Shown in pieces: positions 11,763 to 24,243 of a stretch of DNA of 64,000 nucleotides. The notes beneath the pieces are model-generated. The model searched no databases. It had not been told where the DNA came from and was given only the letters and a program-made list of their open reading frames with translations. How positions within the stretch are numbered: position 1 is the first letter of the stretch; each line of letters opens with the position of its first letter. The position numbers were made by a program, and so were the translations under genes. The stretch comes from Callorhinchus milii (lineage: Eukaryota): contig NW_024704742.1 of the NCBI RefSeq assembly GCF_018977255.1, positions 104,534,001-104,598,000 on the forward strand. Reading direction: 5' to 3'.

Positions 11763-14106
11763 TGTATATGTGTATTTGCTTTTCAACATTTTAACATTCT
11801 ACATATGTATATGGATGAGTCTGTTTGGCTTTTTTTTGTTAGTTTGTGGACGTATTCGCAAATGAGAAACTGCCTGGAAAAAAAAACCTGGTCAAGATCA
11901 GCTTGCGAGGAAGTACTCTAACCATAACCTGCAGGACTCCACAATGTTATATACTCCTATCGATTGCCATTTATAGTAAGACATATTCTAACAACCCTGA
12001 GGATTCAAGATGCCCCCTTTTTACTGTTAATGATAATACTCAATATATTTAATGGTGCCTGCTTGTACTCCTATCTTTAAAGATCTTTTTTTACTCCTTC
12101 ATCTCTGTGTTAGTTCATTAAAATGGTTATTCTTTAGGGTGTATTTTGTTTCTTCTTCTCAAATGCAGATCTTTTCATTTCTCTACAATAAATTCCATCA
12201 ACAACCTATGTGCCCAGTTTATGTCTCCAGTTGTCTTATATATGGCTCTTCAGTTTCCCATGCCCCTGATTTACTTATACACAAACACACCACACACAAC
12301 ACACAGATACTAAATATAGCACAGACTCTTCGGTTTCTTTCTGTCTATTGTGCCACATTCTCCTTAATGCCCCTCGCCTTTTTGCAATAAGCCTCTTGTC
12401 ACACCTTTTCAAATGTATTCCACAAAAGTCAATTTTGCACAATATCCACTGCATTCCCTTATTCTGTACAATAGTGCCCCCAAATATTTTATTGTCAAAA
12501 CCACTTGCTTTTCAAAATGATCCCCAATGAGATTTGAAATTTCAGGCCCACAACTGACAGTTATTTTTTGTCTCATATAACTTCTTGCCTAAATTTAAAA
12601 CCTATAAATCACAAAATGATCTGGACAAGACCAACAATAATTTGCATTTATATAGCACTATTCAAGCAGGATAACATCTCAGAGCACTTCAGAAGCCGAG
12701 CAAGGGAGGCTTTTTGATGGGAGGCAGACAAATGAAGCAGGAGAGAGGGAGGAAATTCCAAAGGTTTAGTTGCTAAAGACTCAGATAACAATAGTGGAGC
12801 AGAGGACGGGCAGCAAGAGTGAATTTGACGTGAGGTGGGGGTGAGCAGGAGAGTGGGGTAGGAGAAGATAAACCCCTTACGCAATAAGGTTCATTTCATA
12901 GAACTAAGAAATTAAGTTGGTCGATGTTTTGTTGAACAGCCTCTCATCTTAAGCTTTTTAAAAACATACTGGTTTCAGTGACTCTTCCCATAAAGGCTAT
13001 CAACCTTATCATCCTATAAAGGCTATCAGCTCAAAGGAACCAGCTGTGAGTTTGGGCTTCTTGGCCTGATTTTGCAGCAGCTTGCAAGTAATTTATACAA
13101 GCCTCAAATCAATAGCCAATAGTGTTTAATTTACCTCCATATTGCTAAGAATGTATTCACTACGAGAACACACCGGGCAGACAATGATTCATCTTCACAT
13201 ATGAAAAAAATTACTTGGTATTATTAGTGACAGTTTGATCCTTCATTTTTAGACAAAAATATGTCCAGATCAAAGATGTATTGCAGATTCACTCTCAACT
13301 GCTGCCTTTCTATTGCTCATTATAGTTTATAACAAATGATTACTGCAATATAAATCCAAAATGTCATGGTTTCTAAGTCCCATAAATCTGTCATGAATCT
13401 GAATGACATGTTCATTTCCATCCTGTTTATTAAGATTTAAAGAAAACTAGAATTGTAATTTTAAAATGTAATAGCATATCTGAAATATGGATATCACCGC
13501 AATCCAAAGGTAAACTAATCTTCCTGTCAGTCATACTGTATGTGTTGGAATCAGAAATATGTTATTGCCGAAAATATTATTTTGGTTCAGTTAGAAATGC
13601 TTATGTGCGTTTAGCTTGCCTCTAGAATGACAATCTTGATAATAAATTGGTTGTTTGATCATGTGAATGTTTATCACATGCTAGTCCGTATTGAAATGAT
13701 TTATAGACACTAAAACCTAATCAGAATCAGTCAAATCGTAGAGTTCATGTCTAAGTGTGATGTATGTCACCAGGTAGTTGACATAACTTTAGATAAATTA
13801 TTATGAGGAAATGACAACAACAACTTGCATTTATATTGCATCCTTCATGCGGGGCAGCAATTCAGAGTGCTAAAATGATAATATATGTGCCTTGAAGAAT
13901 TAAATTGGTTCAGAAGAAATGTGTTTATTACAGCTGCGGCTTTCTTGTTAATGGTTGATATAATTGCATTGTTTTAATCAGAACCAGCTCATGGGTACTG
14001 TACCCAGGATGGTCCAGCTTGTTTCAACCATCCTGTAAACAACTATCAGGTGGCTGAACACTTGTGACAATATGCAGAATTGCACAGATCATCCGTCTTG
14101 GTGTTA

Positions 14107-14423
14107 TAATAATAATAATAATCCTTGCATTTGATATAGCGCTTTTCACGTCTTCTAGATGTCTCAAAGCACTTCACAAAATAGACTGTAAAGCGAATCG
14201 ACTGTATATTTGTGGGCGAAACGCGGCAGCCAATTGTGCACAGCAGTGTCCCACAAACAGTCGTGGATTGAAGTGACCAATTGATTATTGTTTTTTTTCT
14301 TGAGGGATTATTATCAGACGTATGGAGTAAGGAAACTTGCCCAAGGTTTCGCCCTGCCGGGAATCAAACCCAGGTCTCTCACTTGAGAGGTGAGTGCTCT
14401 AATCACTGAGCTACAGGGCTCCA
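14107..14423 (-). mobile_element. Young tRNA-derived SINE with TSD GTGTTA
   Basis: Full copy; GTGTTA at 14101-14106 and 14424-14429. Confidence 0.94.
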
Positions 14424-14964
14424 GTGTTAAAAAGGAACAACAATAAAAGAGGTATAGATAACCTATTTTTTGTTCTCAAAATTAGTCATCAACGTATTCA
14501 GACTGACGTAGTCAGAGCGAGTGCATCTTTCGCTTCTTTCGCTTTGCAACTCAAGCCACTTGACCTTGATTATTCCAGCAATTTCAACAAGATTAGAAGA
14601 AAACAGAAGAGAAGAAAAATGATACAGGAATACAACTGAAACACAACTGCCAGAGACAATGACGTTTAGTTCCTTAATTTAATGTCTGCTATTATCCGTG
14701 TGCCAGTTTCAGAGACAATGCTCGCTAATTTGAGTTCCAGGGACAACGTTGGCTAGTTTGAGTTCACAAGAAATGAGAAGCAAGAGATCTTGCGATTTTC
14801 CACCTACTGCTTATGAATTGATGAACTTTGATATTGTCGTTATAGTGACATTGCTAGATGTTAGCATAACAGCCAATATTGTTGGCAGTAACTTGGTTAT
14901 TATTGAACCAATGCAACTTTTGTGCCTTATTAAGTAAACGTTACAAGCCTAGATGTGACCAACG

Positions 14965-15862
14965 TGTGGTTGAGGGTTTTGGCGTCTGAGGGGTGAGGCA
15001 GTGGCGGAATCGTTCAATGTTGCGGAGGAGGGAGAAAGCAGAGCGGGTCATGGCACGGATGTGGGGTAGAAAGGATAGTTGAGGGTGTGGAGGAGCTGAC
15101 GGGCGCCAATCAGGAGAGCCTCGGTCTTGTTGGCGTTCAACTGTAGAAGGTTAGCTCTCATCCAGGACTGACCTTCTATCAGGACAGCAGTGGTCCTGGT
15201 GTCAAGGGTGGAGGCAGAGAGATAGAGTTGGGTGTCATCCGCACACATGTCGAAGTTGACCTCATGTCTATGGGTGATGCCGCCAAGAGGGAGCATATAG
15301 ATATTGAAGAGGAGGGGACCAAGGACAGAGGCCTGAGGAACGATGCACGAGACTGTGCGGAGGCTGGAGGAGAAGCCAGTTGAGGAGACAAAGTGGAGCC
15401 AGTGTGATAGGTAGGATCTGAACCATCAAGGACAGAACCATGAAGGTTGAGGTGAGAGGAGAGGTGGTGAAGGAGGATAGGGTGGTCGGAGGTATCGAAA
15501 GCCGCAGAGAGGTCAAGGAGGACAAGGAAACAGAGGGAGCCCAGAATATCATTTGTCACGTTGACCGGGGCTGTTTCTGTGCCCTGGAGGGGTTCACATA
15601 GGGAGTGGCGGGAGAGGAAGGAGCGAAGCTGGGAAGCAACAACTCGTTCAAGGACCTTGGAGAGGAAAGGGAGGTTAGAGATGGGGCAGTAATTTGAGAG
15701 AATTGATGGGTCCAGGGAAGGTTTTTTGAAGGTACGGGTGCTGACAGCTGTTTCTAAGGGGGGTGGGAACGGTGCCAGGAAGAGGTTGATGAGATCTGTG
15801 AATAGAGAGGCAAGGAGGTGGAGCCTGGAGGTAAGGAGAGGGATCGGGAAGGGGTGGAGGAT
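14965..15862 (-). mobile_element. L2 LINE RT fragment
   Basis: [37 protein letters not shown]. Confidence 0.9.
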
Positions 15863-15990
15863 TTACAGTGGAAATGAAATAGCGAAGGCAAGCTCCAGTT
15901 TGGAACATAACGTGTTTAATCATACAAGAAGGAAATTGACAGGATCACTTGCTGACGTAAAAGTATAACTAAATATTTTTGTTTTATTCA

Positions 15991-16308
15991 TAATAATAAT
16001 AATAATCCTTGCATTTGATATAGCGCTTTTCACGTTGGGAGGACGTCCCAAAGCGCTTCACAGAACATACTGCAAAGTGAATTGACTGTATATTTGTGGG
16101 CGAACGCGGCAGCCAATTGCGCACAGCAATGTCCCACAAACAGTCGTAGATTGAAAATGACCAATTAATTATTGTTTTTGGTTTTTGAAGGGATTATTAG
16201 GTGTGTGGAGTAAGGAAACTTGCCCAAGGTTTCGCCCTCTGCCTGGAATTGAACTCAGGTCTCTCACTTGCAAAGCGAGTGCTCTAACCACTGAGCTACA
16301 GGACTCCA
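15991..16308 (-). mobile_element. Young tRNA-derived SINE
   Basis: Full copy; short CATA duplication at flanks. Confidence 0.93.
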
Positions 16309-17469
16309 CATATATCCTCATCTACAAAATTAAGCCCTACTACTATTTATTTGCCAATTTCTGTGTTACTACAAAGATTAAATAAAGGTATTCAGCTTTC
16401 TGAACATGCAAGTTGTCAATCCAGGCAATTTTCTTGGGGGTTTACACAAGCTCCAGCCTTGTTAATTACACATAACTCGCAGGCTGTGTCCAGCTTGCAA
16501 ATCATTCTAGATCCGTCCGAGAAATGGGATTGTGACAAAGAATCTGAAACAAAGTATGTTTTAATCTAATTTTTGACATGTTCACTACCACAACTTCTCA
16601 ACAAGTACAAGCGATCAGAGTAGTGTCTTTTCCAGTCACAAATGAATATCAATCTGCCATTGTTAGATTTGTTTCCTTTCATCACAAAACATACATGGAT
16701 GGCCCTCTACCTGTCCAGTTACTACTAAACTGGATATTAAGATTAGAACAATACAATGCTACAGCATTGACATCTAATCTCTCCCTGGATTAAGAGTTGT
16801 GATTTACAAAAGCCCCATCAAACAGCAGAAATCAGAAAGAGATGTACAAAATTGTTATTAAAATTGGTCTCCACTGTAAAAACAAATAGAACACACACCA
16901 TTATTCATCTGATTCCTTGACTAACAAACTGAAGTAAAAAATATTTGTCAGGTGATTTTGTACAAGCTTCAGTTAGATGAATTTACATCCTTTTTTATGC
17001 ATTCAAATACATTTTCATGATGGATCAGTTTTAAAATAATTTGTGTTCAATGAGTTATCGCAAAAAAGGGCCTTTCTGTTCAAGTTTGTTAATCCCTCAA
17101 TGATAACCATTGATGAGCTCTTTGCCATTTCTCTCCACATGAAGAGCTTAATTTGTACAATATTCCTGCACGGATAAAGATGTGGTGAGTACAGAAACTA
17201 ACACCCAAATAAAGAGAAAGTAAATAAAAAAACTTGGAAGATGTACTTCAGGTTTGGATGGATTGGCGCAAGAATTTTAAGGGCAGAAAGCAGCCAAACA
17301 AACACTATGGGTTACAAAAAATAAACTGCTAGGCGAATTAGGATAAGATAATGACACCAAGAAAACTGATTTCCTAAGCAAAGTAAGAGACAAATGATCT
17401 GTGCGTGTAATCATTCAGGTAACAAATGGGCCATATATCATAGATAAACTAATGTATGGGCAACGCCTT

Positions 17470-17690
17470 ACACAGAGCCTAATAATAATCCCTCCAAAAA
17501 CAATAATAAATTGGTCATTTTCAATCTACGACTGTTTGTGGGACATTGCTGTGCGCAATTGGCTGCCGCGTTCGCCCACAAAAAGTCAATTCACTTTACA
17601 GTGTGTTCTGTGAAGCGCTTTGGGATGTCCTCCCGACGTGAAAAGCGCTATATCAAATGCAAGGATTATTATTATTATTATTATTATATT
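17470..17690 (+). mobile_element. 5'-truncated young SINE
   Basis: Body and tail only. Confidence 0.9.
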
Positions 17691-17892
17691 ATTGAAATAT
17701 GTGGATAATGGTTCTGACCATATCAACCCCATTTACTCCCTCCAAATTACAGAGACAGGCAGAACCTTGCCAATGTATTTGATCCTCAACTGTCCTTCAA
17801 ATCTTTTATCTAGGCGCTGACCAAACCCACTTTTTTCCCATCTCGTAACATCGTTCACTTTGGTCACTACGTCATCCAACACAACTAAATCT

Positions 17893-18095
17893 GCTTGCAA
17901 GACGAGTGCTCTAATCACTGATAATAATCCCTCAAGAAAAAAAATTGGTCACTTCAATCCACGACTGTGTGTGGGACACTGCTGTGCACAATTAGCTGCC
18001 ATGTTTTGCAGACAAATATACAGTCAATTCACTTTACAGTATATTCTGTGAAGCGCTTTGAGACGTCTAGAAGGATGAAAGGATTATTATATTTT
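17893..18095 (+). mobile_element. SINE copy with inverted head fragment
   Basis: 17893-17921 is antisense tRNA-head sequence; the remainder is sense body. Confidence 0.8.
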
Positions 18096-18747
18096 ATTAA
18101 TCTTGATGGTAATAACCTTATAATGTTTTTTGAGCAAAGAATAAAACACATTTGCCCTACTAAGGTTTCTAAATTTATATAGAATAAGACGACTTAATCG
18201 TCATGGACAGAAGGCTGGACAAATATAAAGGATAAGTGCACAGAATTAAAGTAAAGGGTGTAACTTCCAATAGTTCGAGCAAACTGCAAACAATGAAGAT
18301 AACTGACATCAATTAGTGGGAATTAAAGGAATTAAAGGCTGGAGGAAACTGAATTTATAGTTAACTGGTAGACTATTTAACGTAGAAGAAACATTTGTAG
18401 GTTGACCCACAGTCAATTGGATTGAGAGCTATATTGTTAGCGCAAAACGAATATAAAAATTGGGGTATTTTTAAACTAGATGGTAATCTACCAATCTACA
18501 TTGGTAGATTAGAATGAGTTGAGATCTGTGGATTATCAAGAAACAATGGAGATATATTTGAAAAGAGAAAGGGAGTTTAATGGTTTACAAACTTGTTGTA
18601 ATGTTTTCTGCTGGGAGAAAGATATTTTTGAGAACATTAAAAGCTATCAAGGTTTGTGTGGAAAGGTTTAAATGCTTGCAAAACCGAATACACCTGCAAA
18701 ATTTAATTTTAATGAACATTCTAAGATTCATTTTGTTAGGTTGAGGG

Positions 18748-19128
18748 TTTGGCTCAGTTGGTAGCATTCTTGCTTCTGAGTCAGAACATCAAGCCTGGAG
18801 TTTGTATTGGGGCTCCTCTGAATTGTTGGAGGTGCCATCCGTTGGATAAACTGTTAAACGGATGTCCCAGCTATCTGTTCAGGTGGATGTTAATCATCCT
18901 ATGGCAGAATTCACAAAAAAATGAAAGGAGTTTCTCACTGTGTCCTCACCAACAATCCTCCAACATTCACGCTTCATGAATGGCTGTTTGTGGGATATTT
19001 TTGTGTTCAAATTGGCTGCCATATTGCCTACAAATACATAGTTACTACACTTGTTAGCAATTATTTGTGAAGAGTTTTGAGACATTGAATAATGTGGGTG
19101 CTATGTTAAATGGAAGGATTATTATTAC
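18748..19128 (+). mobile_element. Old SacSINE1/DeuSINE-like SINE (near full length)
   Basis: GGCTCAGTTGGTAGCA..TCTGAGTCAGAA head, GGAGGTGCC..GTTAAAC..TTCAGGTGGATGT Deu-like core, shared 3' body. Confidence 0.75.
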
Positions 19129-20269
19129 TAAGGTTATGTTGACTGCATGATGCACATTTCTGAGTCAGTCGTGTTCTGGGCATTGATACTGTCCAAATTG
19201 CTATAATTGATATTGCATGTCGAGAGAAGAAAAATACTTGTATAATTGTTATGTGTTAGAAAACACCCAAAGTTTCTCCCCCCCACCCGCCCCAATGAGC
19301 CTCTTTTTATTTAAAAAATAAAAGCATAGTTTTTGTTGGTATATGTACAACAGTTTCTATTCTATTCGACTGTATCAGATTTGACTCAAAGCTTATTTTT
19401 AATAGAATTACTGCTTTCAAAATAAATTTATAGCCGCTAGGAATTATATTTCCCCAAGCAATATTTTAACATCCAGTATTGGTCAGTTAGAGCTGCAGAA
19501 TTCAATTACCTTGTCACGATTCACACAATGTAAAGGTTGTACTTACTCCTAGTTCTACTACTTTGGGGATCTGGCTGGCTACTATATCGAGATCAGAAAC
19601 CATTAAAGTTTTTAAAAGATATTAAAAGAAAGGTTTGAAAAATACATTGGTAAAAGGTTGCCAGTAAGCAGATATGCTGTCTACTCTGACACACATTTTC
19701 CATGGCAACCAATGACACTGCGGCTGGGTTTTCAGTGTTACAGTTTCCATGAATTAGATGCTCCATACTGCAGTTAAACCCCCCCACCCCCCGTTTAATA
19801 AATATTACATGTTAAGCCTTAAAGGCATTGCTGCACAATGTACTAAACTTATAAATGTACTGTATAATTTACATAATATAAAATATTTTTAAAAATTGTC
19901 ACTAAATCCAGGACTTCATGTGGGACACTGCTGTGCGCAATTGGCTGCCACGTGTCACCCACAAAATATACAGGATGCCACATTTCACCCACAAAATACA
20001 GTCACTGCACTTCACCTGCTCAAATAACACCTCTTGAAGCTGACGCTCATACATTCTTTTTATAGTTTCATAGTCATGTTGCTAAACGTGATAACTACAG
20101 CTTTAGATTTCTGTGAAGAGTGCTGTTCAAGCTCACCCACACAGTGCCGATATGCCTGGATTATATCTCCGCAGTCATAGGTTTGTGAACCTGGAGTTAG
20201 ATTCAAAATTTGGACTGTTTAAAAATCTACTCAGTGAACAGATAACTGGTATGAAACAGAATTAAGAAC

Positions 20270-20540
20270 ATAAGAACATAAGAAGTTGCTGGGCGAAAGA
20301 AGACTATTCCATTCAGTTCCCCTTCCTGATTTTTGCTCGACAAGTCGTGGTCCAAACAATATATTGTATATCGGGATATTATTTTCTTACAGAAATCTAT
20401 CTAATTTGTTCTTGAAGCAAACAACACTTTCTGTTTCCACTGCCCTAGGGAGCTGGTTCCATATTACTAGCTCACTGAAATAGTGTGTCCGCAGATTTGT
20501 TCTGAATTCTGGTTTAAACTCTTCATTAACCCACTTCCTG
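20270..20540 (-). mobile_element. CR1-type LINE 3' fragment
   Basis: (TAAGAACA)n tail on + strand; degenerate WN.LP-type end. Confidence 0.6.
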
Positions 20541-21138
20541 AACCCTAATGCTCATGATACTTAATATTGCTTAAATATTTTAAGAGAATTCATAGGACTT
20601 TGCGACACAAGGAAAGGCTAACATTTGGCTATCCAGTGCCTTGGGACGTCCTCCTGATGTGAAAGACACTATACGTATATGTAATTTTGTGAATGTGTAA
20701 AATTGAAGTCGAGAAAGTATTGTCAAATTTTTTTGCTTAAGGGAACTCAGTACGAGTGCAAATGAAAACAGTATCCAAAAATAGCGTTTTTAAAATAGAC
20801 TAAACAATATATAAGACTGAATAACAGATTTACAAATTTCAGTTTATATCAAACAAAAATGCTGTTATGCTACTGCTCGTATTCCCTGCTCTTGCCTGTA
20901 TGAATTGTTTTAGCATAAACCCTTGACTGTCCAGTGCCTTGAGATGTCCTCCTGACGTGAAAGGCGCTTTACAAAAGTAAGTTTGTATTGTATTACCTCG
21001 GTAAACAGAGGGTTATGTACTTTCTAGAATTAGGGGAAATATGCATTGTGTGAGAAGTGAATAACTAAAGATGAAAACTGATTTGCAAGCTATGTTCCTT
21101 TTTCTGTATCCTAACTGCTCTGGAATATGGATTAATTT

Positions 21139-21748
21139 AACAACAACAAAATTTCATTTGTAAAGCACCTTTCACGTTGGGGATCAGGACCGAGCGTAGG
21201 GGCGGGTTTGGGGTGAGGGACGACAGAGAGGTAGGAGGGCGGCTGAAGGCACGGTCGAAAAAGAGGGTCTTGAGTAGTGCCTTGAAGGAGGTAAGGGAAG
21301 GAGCAAGGCAAAGGGATTGTGGGATGGAGTTTCAAAGGGTGAGAGCAGAGATGCTGAAAGCCCGGCCGCCGATGGTAGAGCTGGTCGGGCGAGAGTCATG
21401 GAGCAGGCCGGAGCCTGCTGAATGGAGAGAGAGGACAGATTGATAGGGGGTCAGCAGGTCAGAGAGGTAGGAGGGGACAAGGCCGCGGAGGGCCTTGAAG
21501 ACGAGGACGAGGATTTTGAATTCTATCCTCTGAAGGATGGAGAGCCAGTGGAGTCGGGCGAGGGTGGGGTCACGGAGCCTGGAGGGGGAGAGGACACGAG
21601 CTGCAGAGTTCTGGATGATCTGCAATTTGTGGAGAGAAGAGTTGGGAAGGCCGACAAGGAGGGAATTTCCGTAATCGAGCCATGAGGTGACGAATGAGTG
21701 TATGAGGGTTTCAGTGGCCTAAGGGGTGAGACAGTGCGGAGCTCAGCA
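21139..21748 (-). mobile_element. L2 LINE 3' fragment
   Basis: QIIQNSAARVL..LHWL..QRIEFKIL plus (TGT)n tail. Confidence 0.9.
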
Positions 21749-23140
21749 AAGCTTTCACGTAATTGCAGGAAAAGATCGAATCCAATTTTTATATAGTTTG
21801 CCTGCAACTCGGACTTTGCGCAAGTCTTACTAAATGTCATGGTCCTGACTGATACGATTTATGAGAGGTTTATTGTAGTATAGCTTGACGAATGATCTAA
21901 TTTTTGTATTTAGGTCACATATAGTAGCAGGAACTGGCAAATTCCTTGACAGATGCTAGTTTAACGTTCAGTTTAGTCAACGTTCTGCTGATTGCTGCAT
22001 TCTAGCATCATACATTAGAAAGGTGTCAAAAAAACTGAGGAGCTGCTTTCAAAATATCTTGCATTAACTACTAGCACTGTTGATTCATTTTATTTAAAAT
22101 CTCCTATACCTGCCACAGCTTCCCAAAATGGATCATGTTCTAACTGTTGAAGGTGAGTATTTTGAGAAGTTGTATAATCACTGAGTCAATTCTTTAATAG
22201 CTTATTTTCCTACAGTGACTTTGGGAAGAAATGTACAAGTGCACTGCTGCTAAATAGTCTCATTAGTGTCACAATATGTGCTGCTAACACTATTCAATAG
22301 TGAAAATTTAAGACGTCATTTAATCCTCCTCCAATTCAGGCTGCACTAGATATGTGGAGTCTGTAAATTAAAAGGAAAGGACACAATCCATGTCATTACA
22401 ACACTTATTACCATTATCCTAAAAATGTCTTCGAGTAAAAATATGTATATTGAATCACTGCGGCTAGTGATTTCCCTCTTCCACCAGCTAGAATTTGGAA
22501 TTAGGCAGATAATGCACACACAAAAAAGGCAACTACGCTTTGTGCAAAAATATTGCATGACATCAAATAACAATCATTTCTTAAAGCAGATTCACAGTAG
22601 TAACAATACCAATATTTCTAAACAAACCTAGTCTTTTATGAGCCATGACAATAATCTGAGCCTTTAAACTATATTTCAGTAGAGGGTAATAAATCAACTG
22701 GTGAATTACAGAAAACAAAATAAACCAAAGAATTAGATCAATCACAAACCAATGCTGAAATGTACACATTCCATAAAATCAAAACTTTTTTGAAATGGAG
22801 ACTGGAGGAGCTCCATCTTGTTCTACATCTAATAAGCACCCATCTTTAATTCAGTCTCAAATTAATCTTTTTGTAAATTCTCTAAAGACAGGAGAGATTC
22901 TGGAAAATCGGATTCTAACCAATAAACAAATTGAGATATTCAGAAGCTATGAACTAATAACACCGGTAAAGTACATGAATCATTTTGAAATAACACTATT
23001 TGTAAAGGATAAGTTAATATAGACACAGGTACAAGATATCAAGCTTAGTTGTCCAGCAGATCGCTCAATGACAAAGGATGTGTGCCTACGTTGTGCACAG
23101 GGAAGATGATGGCAATGTTCCAATGTATTTCATGCTGAGC

Positions 23141-23437
23141 TGTGTTGCCCACCAGGAAGCTCGCAGGGAATTCCTGGTACCCCCCATTTGTCACTGGCTA
23201 TCCTCCTGAGGCGAGAGGGTTAAGTGGGGTCTCTTGGAGTTGAACTCGCTCCAAGGTGACATGTTTGGCAATAGAATGTCGGAATCAAGCCCCCCTCTGT
23301 GGCGGTCTCAGTAGTTCATTTACTTAGCCAGGTGGGTCCGCAGTACTCCAGAGCATTGCTACTGACAGCACAGCCATCCTGGCTCATCAGCAGGACTTGG
23401 AAGGGCACACAGTCACTGGTGGCAGGGATTCTTCCCA
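23141..23437 (-). mobile_element. Dispersed repeat copy 1 (non-L2/CR1 LINE relic)
   Basis: Colinear homology with 50581-50956; ALEYCGPTW peptide. Confidence 0.65.
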
Positions 23438-23804
23438 ATATTAAGGAGCATTTTTCTTCAAAAAGCGAAGACAAATAAAAAAAACTCTCATATTGTAGCA
23501 AGGCTGTATTTTAACATTTTTATTTCTTAATGCCTGACCTACAGCCTATAACTTCCAACCTATACACAACAAAACCTTTTCAAAAGAAAATCAGTAGCGA
23601 AAGCACTTTGAAAGTTTCAAACAGGAAATGTTAGTGCTGCCCTATTTAAAATACAAACAAGTTGTATAGACTTCCTGCACTGGAAAGGAAAGTTAGCATC
23701 AGTTTTGGTTTAAAGCACATTGCATTATTACCCAGGCCGTGTTAGGATAGGCAATTATGCCAAGAAAATCCTATCTGTCTGCTGTGTAATGCGAGCTATA
23801 AGGT

Positions 23805-24243
23805 CGCCCGACTCCACTGGCTTCCTATCACAGAGGATACAGTTCAAGATCCTGGTCCTCACTTGCTCCCCCACCCCCACCTCTGCGACCTTCTAACCCC
23901 CTACCAACCTGCCTGCTCCCTCCGCTCAGTGGGCTCTGGGCTGCTCCATGTTCCACGCCTCGCCCGCCCCACCATTGGCAGGTGGGCCTTCTGTCACTCT
24001 CCCCCACCCTCTGGAATCCCTCCCTTGCCTCCTTCAGGACCCGTCTCAAGACCCTCCTCTTCGACCATGCCTTCGGTCACCCTCCTCCCCCACCCCCTGC
24101 CAGCCACCCTCCTTCCCCCCCACCTGCCGGCCACCCTCCCCGATCCCGACCCCCAGCTCGGGACCAAATCCTTGACTGTCCAGCACCTTGGAACATTCTC
24201 CCAACGTGAAAGGTGCGAAACAAATGTAATTTTGTATTGTATT
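23805..24243 (+). mobile_element. L2 LINE 3' fragment
   Basis: GSGLLHVPRLARPTIG plus L2 tail. Confidence 0.88.

Noticed and set aside
22119..22260. + strand mini-exon with CAG|...|GTGAGT and nearby acceptor
   Set aside because: The implied intron is only 63 nt and the peptide is short and unrecognisable; probably chance.
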